A stretch of DNA of 64,000 nucleotides from Octopus bimaculoides (lineage: Eukaryota), in assembly GCF_001194135.2 (NCBI RefSeq), contig NC_069002.1, positions 281,436 through 345,435 of the forward strand, read 5' to 3'. The stretch's first letter is position 1; each line of letters begins with the position of its first letter. Shown here one piece after another: positions 1 through 11,049 of this stretch. Below the pieces are notes generated by a model. That model had not been told where the DNA came from, made no database searches, and saw nothing but the letters and a program-made list of their open reading frames with translations. The position numbers and the translations under genes are program-made.

Positions 1-351
1 TGCGAGCTTACGTATGTCCTCAGCAGTTACAGCCCATGTTTCACTGCCATGTAGCATGGCTGTTCGTACACATGCGTCATACAGTCTGCCTTTTACTCTG
101 AGTGAGAGTCCCTTTGTCGCCAGCAGGGGTAAGAGCTCTCTAAACTTTTCCCAGGCTATTCTTATTCTAGCAGCTACACTTTCAGTGCACCCACCCCCAC
201 TAATAACTTGGTCGCCCAGATAGCGGAAGCTATTGACTACCTCTAGTTTTTCACTCTGGAATGAGATAGAAGTTGTTTCCTGTTTGTTTACAGTTTTTAT
301 TGCACCTGAACATCTGCCACAAACAAAAACTAACTTCCTAGTTAACCTGCC
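1..351 (-). mobile_element. RTE-clade LINE fragment (C-terminal part of the RT ORF), 5'-truncated, in a DARS2 intron; continues past the window start
   Basis: Minus frame is open with no ATG: GRLTRKLVFVCGRC...KLEVVNSFRYLGDQV...AARIRIAWEKFRELLPLL...KGRLYDACVRTAMLHGSETW. The FRYLG and LHGSETW motifs are typical of RTE ORF2 downstream of the RT core. Confidence 0.85.
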
Positions 352-385
352 TTAACTAGGGAGTTAGTTTTTGTTTGTGGCAGAT
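312..385. repeat. 34-bp inverted repeat with a 6-nt loop and one mismatch
   Basis: Arm 312-345 atctgccacaaacaaaaactaacttcctagttaa, loop cctgcc, arm 352-385 ttaactagggagttagtttttgtttgtggcagat. Confidence 0.95.
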
Positions 386-448
386 AAAAAATAAAAACAC
401 AATGTAAAAGGTAGAAAATAGAAGATGAATGGTAAGGATTAAACTTAC

Positions 449-3400
449 CTGAGTGAACTCTGGTTGACGATCTGGTTTAGCACCTTCATCTCTGAAACAT
501 TTTGCAATTTGAAAATACCTGTCAAGGCCACCAGCCATTAGCAACTGCTTGAACTGTTACAAAAACCAAAAAATGGAAGACTGAGTCAGCAGAGGTGGTT
601 GTTGTGGTTCCCACCCTCTCCCCACCAAGGGTAGCTCTGGTTGAGCAGATAATCAACCTTCTCCACCTACACTTCCTTCTCTACCTTTACCCTCCTCTTC
701 ACCCTCTTCAAATGGGGGTAGAATAATTGAAATGGTAGAAGTGCCAGACTGGATGCCTAGCAACATTTAATTGGTCTTTTTGCATTTTGAATTCGTCTTT
801 GCAAGATCCCTGTCTTGTACCAACGGGATTTTGGTGATGTGATTGAATATTTTTTGCATGACATTGAAATATAGGTGTGAAAGGCTGGATCTGGCCTTTT
901 CAACATAAAACAGGTAAAATATTTGGGCCAGATATGGCTAGTTTAAATACTAAAGCGTTAAGGCTAAAACCCACTAATTCCCAGCTAATTAGCAATGCAA
1001 TAACAAACGCATGTTTCACATTAAATAGTCAGACGATATCAATCTAATAACACTGAATTTTTATTGTTCTTTACTTTATTGTTTGTTAAGTATTTTGATT
1101 AAATTTCTTTAAATATTTCTTATTAAGTGATAATAACACAAAAGAACAAAGAAATTAAGCTTCTTAATTTTGTTTCAGAAATTTACATGATGGGGTCGAT
1201 AAGTAATCAATGATTCCCTGAATAAATCAAAGACAGAAGAATTTTGCCAACCCTTGTTATAAACAAAGAGAATACTTTACCTGTTGTGGTGACTGTGGAA
1301 GACTGTAGAACTTCCCTGGGGTGTGGGTGGGAACAATGAATTCTTTGGCACCCTGAAACAGAAAATAATTCCATTAAAATTAACTTGATATCTATTTAAT
1401 ATTTATTTATTTATTATAGTATCATATTTAGTAGACAAGAGCATTTGTGGTCGGCTGTTTGGTTGGTCAGTCAGTTACGGTTTTTCAACAGGTTAATCAC
1501 TGGTTCACTGCATTTCTGGTGACTATAACCTGATGTAGAACAAATATTTCAAGAGACTTCATTCATAAAACATCAGCAAAAGATATATGCACTCACACAT
1601 ACACATATATACCATGGTCTCTTAACTCTCTGATGAAGTTGTAGAGGTGCTATTGTGACAGTGTGTGTGTGTTGGGTACCTTATACTTGGCAGAGCCCAT
1701 CCTACACGAGGTGAAACCACAAATGATTTCATCCAGAAGGTGAGAAAGAGAGAGAGTCTGGTTGCTTTTAAATAAAAGGTCCAGTGACCTCACTGAAGCT
1801 TTGTAGCTCACTATTTTGATTCCAGAACATATGTGAGATACGTGTATGTGAATATATGTAAAATGCTCTGGTTAGCATTGCTTTCTGAGGTTCTGCAAGA
1901 GATTATTAATTCAATGTTTCACTAGAACCACTTCCTTTGTGATTGCCTGACTTATTTCAAAACTTCTTTGTCTGTTTAGTGTCAGTAAAAGACTCTTTGT
2001 CTAGTATTGTTTGTCAACTTGTGGTTTTAACCCTCAGAATAAAGCAAAGCATTGTCTCATCAATGTCTTGTGATGAGCAACGACACAAGGCAAACACAAC
2101 TTACCCCTGGTGTCCTTCGAAATAAAACTGGTGTCTCTACATCAACAAAATCTACAAAAGAAGGAAAAAAAAAACTAAAACAACATATATCATCATCATG
2201 TGTGTGTGTGTGTGTGTGCGTGTGTGTGTTTGTGTGCGTGTGTGTGTGTGTTTTAATACGATCACTAATTAATTTAATAACATTGACAATGACTTAGCAA
2301 TGGAGTGTCGTTAATCACATCCTTGAGTCTTTAAAAAAGGTGACTGTTTAAAACTACACAGGATTATATAATATTAGAAGCACATTGCCTGGAAAAAAAA
2401 GACAGGATGGGCATGGTTGGAGTGCTTTGCTCAACCAGAGCCTATATGGAGTTAAGCAACAACAGCATTAACAAGTCAACAAGAAACCTTTATAAAAAAT
2501 ATAAGAGCTTACCATGTTTATTGCAAAGAAATTCCCTAATTTTCATTGTCATTGCCGATCGCAGTCGGAGATTGTGTTGCATTCTTTGAGTCCGTAGGTC
2601 TATATACCTGTATTCCATACGAAGTGATTCTTTCACCTGATTTGAAAGAGGAGAGGGAGAAAGACTTAGAGAGACATACATTGAAAGGATGATAGGTGGA
2701 TAGAGAGAGAGAGAGTGGGGGGAGGGATACAGATCATCACTTGGTTAGAAACAGGGTTTGGACCTTCTCCAAAATTCCTTTCAAATTTAAGATATTTGCA
2801 GATCATTGATGGTTTTTAGATAACCTGTCATGTGCCAGTATCTGAATTAGAAGAGGCATGTGACTAACCAGCTTTGACAAGTAGACATCATTGTTGTAGC
2901 AGGAAAAAAAAAAAAAAGACAGAGAAAGGGGGAAATAATATGTCTTTGAGCCAGAAATTGGCTCCTTTTAGAAATTGGCTAATCTGTCAGGTGGCTTTTT
3001 TTTTTGGCATGCAATGAACAGCAGCACCTTTACAGACGAATAAGACTTACATAATCCAAATCCATGCGGTAGGCTAGACTTTCCTTAAGACATCCAAAAG
3101 ACAAGTGACGGATTAAGTCAACTAGCAAAAAAACAAACCTAATTTGGTTCAATGAGTTTCAGTGTAGTTTCCATGTGGCCCTAATTTAACTTTCGATGCT
3201 TGGGTAGAAGATATTTGCTCAAACCCAGAACTGTATGATCCAAAAACAAACATCTTAACCACAGAACCATGTCTGTGACCGTTGATGTTCGAACATAAAA
3301 ATTGGAATCAGGGAAATTTGTCTAAAAATGGAGTTTATAAAAACTTAAAAATAGATAACCTCATGGAATTTCTTCATTTGGAATGGTAATTTAGTGCGAC

Positions 3401-4844
3401 AAGAATTTAACACATGGAAATCAGAGAGCTTTACTTCAATACTTCCAGTCTGCATTTTCTGAAATAAAGAATTTGAAACAAAGTAAGAGAAACAAATAAA
3501 TAACAGCAACAACAACAACAATATTAAATATAAAACAATTCTAATTTCAAAGACTAAAAATGTCAATTTTATGGTTGGTTTCTTTGTGTAAAAGATTGCC
3601 ACTTGAATACAAGATAAATCAATGACATATTGGAATCTAAAGATATAAATGTTATATGCAGGATGCATTCAAAAAGTGTGCATGACTTTTGGCCCACTGT
3701 GTGTGTGTGTGTGTGTGTGTGTGCCTCGTTGTCTTTACATTGCATGTTAGATATAAGTGAATATCACAGCCATGCAACACATGTCATCCCTTTCAGTTGC
3801 TTCAGTCATTAGGCTGTGGCCATGCTGGGGTACCATCTTGAAGAACTTTTTGTCAAATGACTCAACCCCCAGCACTTTTTTTTTAAGCCTAGTACTTATT
3901 TTATCAATTCTCTTTTGCCAAACTGCAAAGTGACAGGGGCATAAGCACACCGACACTAATTGTCAAGCAATGGTGGGGAACAAACACATACACACACAAA
4001 CACACATACACGACAGGCTTCTTTCAGTTTCCAGCTACCAAATCCACTCACAAGGCTTTTGTCAACCCAGGGCTATGTCAGAAGACATTTACAGCAGGGG
4101 ACTGAACCTAGAACCATGTGCTTGGGAAGCAAGCTTCTTATCATCCAGCCATGCAAACATGTCAGGTTATGGAGAAATACTCTCTCAGCTGCAAACGAGT
4201 GGAGGGCTGGCAATAGGAAATGCTTTTGTCTGTAGATTGTTGAAGTAGAAAATTTGTCTCAACAAATTCCTTCAGACCCATGCAAGCATGGGAAAGAGGA
4301 CATTATGATGATGATGAGAGTTCATTTGCCAATAAACCAAGTCTATTCAGAGATTGTCATTTATTGAAAAACAGAAAAATACAAAAACAAAACAGAACAA
4401 AACAATCAACTTACGTCGTTTTGTTGATCTTCTGGCCGTTTTATGACGGTGCCCTGCACTTGAATCACCGATTCCAAGGGTAAATTTGAGAGGAGAGGAT
4501 GAAGTATGTCTTGCTAACAATGAAAAAAGAAACAAAGAATTCTAAAACTCCATTAAATTTGGAATAACAATAATTTTATTGAACTAATTTATTGCATCAG
4601 ATTATTTAGTTCTCTGATGACAATGATGATGATGTTCTTTTTTAAATATCTCCCTATTTCTTTCTATTTACCTTTTCTGTTGGGATGAGAACTTGCGTTA
4701 TTCCTTGCCAGTCACGTAGCAACAGGAACTGATCCAATCTTTTGTACTGGAGCCAACCACAGAGAACCACAACTTTGCCAACATCATCCAAGCTAAGTTC
4801 TCCACATGAATGACTGCGTGATCTGAGGTAACTGCTTACCATTC
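449..4844 (-). CDS. DARS2: Mitochondrial aspartate--tRNA ligase, partial (7 internal exons)
   Basis: Exons 4672-4844, 4415-4513, 3360-3458, 2513-2636, 2105-2151, 1281-1352 and 449-553 all have AG/GT ends and consistent phases. Peptides: [16 protein letters not shown]; [17 protein letters not shown]; MQTGSIEVK; [17 protein letters not shown]; [20 protein letters not shown] (class II motif 1); [44 protein letters not shown] (motif 2). The first exon was not found and later exons lie outside the window. Confidence 0.95.
770..962 (+). mobile_element. piggyBac-type MITE, degenerate copy
   Basis: Body resembles the copies at 22.8 and 36.9 kb (gacatt..taggtgtgaaaggctggatctggcc..aaaacagg..aatatttggg) and ends taaagcgttaa. 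Confidence 0.6.
3790..4155 (-). mobile_element. tRNA-derived SINE, family A
   Basis: Shares blocks with many copies in the window: tail cagtcattaggctgtggccatgct, aagcctagtacttatt, accaaatccactcacaaggc, and the reverse-complemented tRNA-like head gggactgaacc..gggaagcaagcttctta. Confidence 0.85.
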
Positions 4845-5029
4845 CTGTGAAACAAACAAATAATAAATGCATTTAAGAATTTTTTAAAAATCTTGTTGTT
4901 CCTTAACACCAAATTGGTCAACATTGAGCAGACATATAATTAAAGGCCTTCCAACCACGACCATCCTGTCTTTTGCTATGGCATAATTGCACTCTGGACT
5001 ACGATATCCAATGAACTCTTTTCTTTTCT

Positions 5030-5325
5030 TTTACTTGTTTCAGTCAATAGACTGTGGCCATGCTGGGGCACCACTTTGAAGAATTCTTTGAGTTTTTTTA
5101 AGCCTGATACTTATTCTATTGGTTTCCTATGCTGAACTGCTAAGTTATGGAGATGTAAACACACCAAACCTGGTTGTCAGGCGGTGTGTGTGGAGAGGGA
5201 ACAAACACAGACACACATAGATATACATACATACATATAAGATGTGCTTCTTTCAGTTTCCCTCTACCAAATCCACCTACAAGGCTTTGGTTGGCCTGAG
5301 ACTATAATAGAAGACGCATGCCTAA
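5030..5325 (-). mobile_element. SINE family A, head-truncated
   Basis: Same tail and body blocks as 3790-4155. Confidence 0.8.
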
Positions 5326-6684
5326 AATTTCTTCCACCCGAATTGAGTTCTTCAATCATTTATTCCATGTTTTTTATTAATTTTCTATTAATTGTGCTAT
5401 TTCTATCCAGCAACTTTGACATATTTATTATTGATCAAATAAATATTTTTTTTAAATATAAATTTATGAATAGGAATTTTATGAAATATCGTTATGCAAC
5501 AATTTATTAATCGCTTTTTATATGAAGTGTAAATGTTGTAGATTCAATGGTTTTGAACAGAAAATAAATCATTATTGTCTGAAAATTCCTCACTTCACTG
5601 AACAGGAAATAGTAGACAAAATACAGTTTTTAGCCTCATGACAAAAACACTTTAAAACAAAGACCCAAGAAGAAAGAAAATTCTTTCAAACAGAAACACA
5701 AACCAGGTTTACTTTAAGATACATTTCTATAACAATATGCATATCTGTATATAATAATAGCTGCATGAATGTCGATTCATTTCTCTGGTCATGCTTTACA
5801 TTGTATAGAGAGGTGGGGAGTGAAAGAGAGATACAGAGAGAGAGAGTCAATGTATGAGGTGAGGGATGAGTGAACAGGCAAGATTTTGTGTAAATGACAG
5901 AAATTATGGGGAATTTGGTTTTATTTTAAGAGTAAGATAATAAATAGTTTTCTTTTAGAAATTAGAATTCATTTCATTGTTTTGTATATAAACACCAAGA
6001 AATGTGATGGAAGTTGAATTATAATTATTGTAAGCCATATTTCTTGATATTACCTTTGGTGACTAAACTATACTTTAAAAATAACCTTTCACATGATACA
6101 TAACACTCTAGTTTTGTAATCGATTAAGTAAATGTGACATGTTATAATAGAGTTATGTAACAGAACAAAATAAAAACACACACATAAACACACAAATACC
6201 AGCACAAAATGTCAAGTAAGAAATTAACCTTTTCATTTCATGATCATATACACCTGACTGAGGTCCTGATAAAGTGTCTTTTACACCTCGTCCATTATCT
6301 GTACTTAATTTAGGATAATTTACCCTTGTTCCGCAATCCCTCATCTACAGATTTGCTCATTAGATCATCCAAAATCATTATTTATCATTAAAAGCATAAA
6401 GATTGAGATTTCTTTTCCACAATATGTTGAAAGGAAAATTCTGACATTCACACTTTTCACAACACCATTAGCAGCAGCAGCATAGGGGAAGGCATCTAAA
6501 TCAGGTTAGCAGACTCCAGACACTGTTCATTGGAACAACGCCATAACTGTTTGGTGTTTGACAAAAATCAATAACTAATCCTTTGCACTGTTGCAATAAA
6601 TCGAATTTGATTGTTTAGCTTTGCATGAAAAGAGTTATGTATGAAAAGGTGATTGAAGATGGAAATTAATAAGTAATTAGCAAA

Positions 6685-7330
6685 ATATGTATCAACAGGA
6701 TCAGAAGAAAGTATCAATCTGTGATCATAGGTATATATCAACAGGAATGGTAGGCATCAATAGAAGATCAGAGGTATGACAGGCAGAGATGTGTATTAAT
6801 GTGATCAGAGTTATATATCAATAATTAATCAGAGGTAAATATTAATGTTATCAGAGGTATGATAATATTAATATTTGACCAGAACCAGGTATGGATGGCA
6901 CTCCATCAGTTATGACGACGAGCATTCCAGTTGATCCGATCAATGGATCAATCTGTTCATGAAATTAACGTGCAAGTGACTGAGTACTCCACAGACACGC
7001 ATACTCTTAATGTAGTTCTCAGTGAACTGAAGCAGTGTGAAATAAAGGATCTTGCTCAAGGTACTGCTGGGAATAGAACTGCATGAGTTCTTGTGGTTGT
7101 GACCCCAAACCCTCTCAACACTAAGCCAGCCACGTCCAACAGAGCCGAGCATTGGTACGTGGTCAGAAGATGTCTCAACAGAGTAAGTTATCGATGAGTA
7201 ATCAATATCTGATCATCAGAGGTATATATCAATAGATGGTCGGTTGCAGGTAGAGAAGATGATCAGAAGTATACATATCGACATATGATCACAAGTGTAT
7301 ATCAACAGGTGATCAGTGGTATATGTCATG
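6685..7330. repeat. Degenerate ~20-24 bp minisatellite (core gatcagaggtatatatcaa) split by a SINE
   Basis: Core recurs many times in about 6685-6885 and 7195-7330. Confidence 0.7.
6886..7135 (-). mobile_element. SINE of a second body type (family F)
   Basis: Body ccagttgatccgatcaatgg..gaaattaacgtgcaagtgactgagtactccacagacac recurs in the opposite orientation near 40315-40440; a tRNA-like head lies at the right end. Confidence 0.65.
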
Positions 7331-8223
7331 TAATGAGAGGCAGTGAGGACAGGATTGGGAGCGATAAGCATAAACTTAATGCATGAAAAGAAGAAATGTG
7401 AGGAAGAGGAGATGTAGTTTGGTTTAGTGTGGTAAGGTGTTACCCTTTCTTTGTTTCAGTCATTAGACTGTGGCCATGCTGGAGCACTGCCTTGAATCAA
7501 TCCCAGTCCTTATTTTTTAAGTCATTACAGTTTCGGGCAGTTACATTTGAGACTGTTCGATCTGGTTGCCTCCATATATATAAAATAACACTATGAACAA
7601 CCAACATCGGGAAAGACAAGGTGGTTATGGTAGCAACAGAACTCTATAAAATGTACACAATGATCAGAACATTACAACCATTGTGTGAATAACATTATTA
7701 CATACACACATACAATTATTTACACACATGTAGTCATATAAACACATCCATACACACACACGTGCTCTGTGTGTGTGTGTGTACAAAAAGAGAATTATGT
7801 CAAGGTTTATTTTTTTATAATTCAGTCATCCAAATATGTTCTCACACACACACAAGCAGATATGCATTCATACACACACACACACACACATGTGAATACT
7901 TGCACATAAGCACACACACATAAACAAACACATAGCATGTAACCTATTAATAGCAAAAGAGAAATGTTTTGAATTCCACAGGATTTTTTTGTTTTTCCAT
8001 TCCAATAGAAACATCTGTGGCAGTTATTTCAAATAATATAATTCACAAACCGATGAATACCCCCAATAATTGGGGGTAATTTTTGTAGTAGAGAAAAAAT
8101 ACAAAAATATTTTAGCTCACATTTCTTTATTTGTGCAAATAAAAACTAAAACATTAAAGAACAATCCACATATTTTTCATCTTATTCCCCACCATTTCAT
8201 TCAGAAAGCAGAATATAGAGCAA

Positions 8224-8548
8224 GCATCATCATTTAGCGTCTGTTTTCCATGCTGGCATGGGTTGGACGCCACACCAAGTGAAATTGAAATCGAACCAAA
8301 TTCGACGACTCCCATGCCAACCTCTCCTTCGTTGGACACTAAACTCAGCTTGCGAAGACTTGTTGGGGCAAGTGAAATCGAAATTGTAATTGAACCAAAT
8401 TCGATGACTGGCACCCGTGCCAGTGGAGTGTTAACAGCACCGTCCGGGTGTGATCATTGTCAGAGCAGCTGTCTGGCTTCCGTGCCGGTGGCACGTAAAT
8501 AGCACCATTTGAGCGTGATCGTTACCAGCATCGCCTTACTGGCACTTG
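8224..8548 (-). mobile_element. RTE 3'-UTR-type repeat (family C) with (GAT)n tail and an internal duplication
   Basis: Starts catcatcatttagcgtctgttttccatgctggcatgggttggacg, the reverse complement of the tail at 27.9 and 49.1 kb. The block gaaattgaaatcgaaccaaattcga occurs twice. Confidence 0.75.
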
Positions 8549-8840
8549 AAAAAAAAATATAAGAATTGGATGAGATATGATGGCTTGGCCATCTCTCCCC
8601 AGTTCTTATATTAATCATTAAATCCAGAAATACAACAACACGAGGGATAACGGTAACAACAGAACATAGTTTATTCTAGGTTGGTGTAGAGCCGTTTCAT
8701 TCCTGGGTGAACAGGCATGCTGCTGGGATACCAAAGAAGCTTCGACCACATGTCGGGGTCGAGTTGTGTGAATACGTGTTGTCACCACCGCTGCTAGAGC
8801 GAAAAGAGATCGGACGCTATAGCTTTCTCTCCACCTGTTG

Positions 8841-8931
8841 CATTGCGCATGCGTGCTCGGGTACTTCCGCTGACGGCAAGTCCCTTGCACATGCGCAATG
8901 GCACTTCCCAAGATGGCGGCCAATGGCGGCC
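8841..8931. promoter_or_regulatory. CpG-rich housekeeping promoter with NRF1-, ETS- and YY1-like motifs, probably DARS2 or bidirectional
   Basis: TGCGCATGCGTG 8844-8855, ACTTCCG 8863-8869, TGCACATGCGCA 8886-8897, CAAGATGGCGGCC 8909-8921 and AATGGCGGCC 8922-8931, upstream of DARS2. Confidence 0.7.
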
Positions 8932-10701
8932 ACACGCGCCACTACAAAAACATTCAAGCGAGGTCATTGCCACAGTTCATACAATGGCCAAGAATGAATC
9001 AAGTATACAATAATCAGCTGTCACATGTTGACACCATTTATGGATGTCTTCCTCGGTTTAGGGGAAAAGTTACTTGATTCAGAATGTTTCTGTTAATTGA
9101 GCAGTCAAGAACAGATTCCAGAACTTCTGGGAACACCACTTGACAAATATACCGATGCCCTATCCAAGTGAAATTTGTCTCTAAACAGCGAAGTACTTCG
9201 AAGTACGATCGTTGAGTTTAATGGCACTTTTAAGTTGTTTTCAAATTTTCTATTTCTCGGCTAGTTTCAAAAAACCAAAAAACCGCACTATTTTTTTAAT
9301 GCATTAAAGCATAATTATTCTATACCGCCTCTTAGAAAAGTTGTATACTTGAGGGGTAAGCTTCACCAAAAGTCTACCAATGGACGTTCTCTTTGTTTTA
9401 CGAATGATACAAAAAAGGTCTCTACCCAACGTGCACAAACTCTTCTTCTACTATATCTGCAGTGTCTCAACTTCCAGACACTAAACTAAATACTTTTGTT
9501 CCATTACTCCATAACTACCTTCCTTTCTAACTCCTCATACCTGGCCCCCATAACAGCTAGAGAGGTGACAAACACTGCTTTTTAAAGACAGACGAAAAAG
9601 AAAGGCTTTTTTTAAAAAAATTTTTCATGACGTATGTTATTCCAAACAGCTAGAAAGGTGATAAGCACTGTCACTCATTATCACTCTTTTAATATATTTT
9701 TAATAACCTAAGCGGATCCACAACAGCTGGGGAGACAATGAGCATTGAATAGTGTGATAAAATTAAAAAAGTTTTAATGGGAGAAGAGCAGACTTCTGAC
9801 GTTTCATTCAGAGAATTTCCTTGAGGAAAGCATAAGTACGTTGAGAAGCAGGGACTAAAGTTGATGCACCTGGTTAAATAGTTGTGCAAAACATTAACCT
9901 TGCTGCGAAGCAGGTGCTAAGAGTGGTTTCCCCTTAATCGTATCTCCAAAATCCCCAACGACAGAAAACTTCGTGCAACGATTTTAAAGCATTGACATAA
10001 TATGTGTGTGTGTGTGGAATATGTTAATTCAAATATGTTTATATTTACAACAGAGCAACCATAATGACTTACAATGTGGCAAATTTCTAAACTAAAGAAG
10101 TTTATAGAAACATTTGTTGAAGCGATGTACTAATTTCTCTTTAAAACATTAATAATAACAATTAAAAATGAGATCACAATTCAAAAGTTAATATTTTCAC
10201 GAAATAAATTAACTTTCATAATAGCATTAACCGAAATAAAATATACTTCACAAACGAACTTAAATTAATTAACCTTGTACTTTTTGTATTTAACATTCGC
10301 CGGTTAAAATGACTTTCTCATTTGCTTTTTACAGAAATAATTTCGTTTAAAGATTCCCAACAGAAGATGATAAATTAATCTCATTACTCACGGAGCATAG
10401 GTCTTCGGATGATGTTTAATCCATTCTTAAAATCGAATAAATTTAATTTTTTCATATTTTGAATTAGCGAGCTTTTCACATGTCCCGCCATGGTGTCTGC
10501 AATACTTCTTTTTATATTACAAAATTAGAAATAAAACATTATAAGACTAAGTAAAATTAATTTTTTTTCACACTGATAACAACTCTGTATTAACATTAAT
10601 AATCAAGGAAAAAAGTAATAATCGATTGTTTATGTTATATAATTAATTCCAGATATAATGTCATCGGCATAATTATTCATGTTAAGAAGTATGTTAATAT
10701 G

Positions 10702-11010
10702 AAGTTTCGATTCGGCAAGATTAATTTAAGCTTCTTTATGCAACCTGAAATCGTATTTGCATGACAGAAAAAGCTGCCAAGTCTTGGTTGGCGACAGAAC
10801 GAATGAAGTTTCGTTTCATCAAGAATTTTTTCGGTAACCTGATGACAAATTCATAATAAACAGCTTGATAAAAAGAAGCTGGTTGGCGATGGAACAGATA
10901 AAGTTTCGTTTCGGCAACATTAATTTCAGGATTGTTTTAATGCAACCTGATGATGAAATCGTATTTGCTTGGCAGAAAAAAATGTCTTGACTGGTCACAG
11001 AACGAATAAG
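10702..11010. repeat. Three degenerate ~95-108 bp tandem units
   Basis: Units start aagtttcg at 10702, 10806 and 10901 and share caacctga and cagaa/ggaac blocks. Units 1 and 3 also share gaaatcgtatttgc. Confidence 0.85.
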
Positions 11011-11049
11011 GTAAACAACAGCAATAATTCCCAACAATTTTGATATCAT
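10819..11049 (-). CDS. Candidate small secreted Cys-containing peptide precursor (76 aa), possibly a pseudogene
   Basis: MISKLLGIIAVVYLIRSVTS (signal-like) then QDIFFCQANTISSSGCIKTILKLMLP-KR. Divergence between repeat units is concentrated at third codon positions of this frame. No homologue recognised. Confidence 0.35.
   Translation of the reverse strand: MISKLLGIIAVVYLIRSVTSQDIFFCQANTISSSGCIKTILKLMLPKRNFICSIANQLLFIKLFIMNLSSGYRKNS

Noticed and set aside
8154-8502. ORFs with EIEIEPNS repeats on both strands
   Set aside because: Translations of a duplicated segment inside a family C repeat.
9552-9670. 26-bp imperfect direct repeat (aacagctaga.aggtga.aa.cactg) twice
   Set aside because: Only two copies with an unrelated spacer; not CRISPR-like and no function evident.
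10806-10960. Hammerhead-ribozyme-like words (ctgatga, gaaac)
   Set aside because: No stem II between CTGATGA and GAAA and no closing helices; the words are better explained by the tandem repeat.
10699-11000. Plus-strand KFRFGK/KFRFGN as RFamide neuropeptides
   Set aside because: No signal peptide, no flanking dibasic sites, and stops within the units; the minus frame fits the substitution pattern better.
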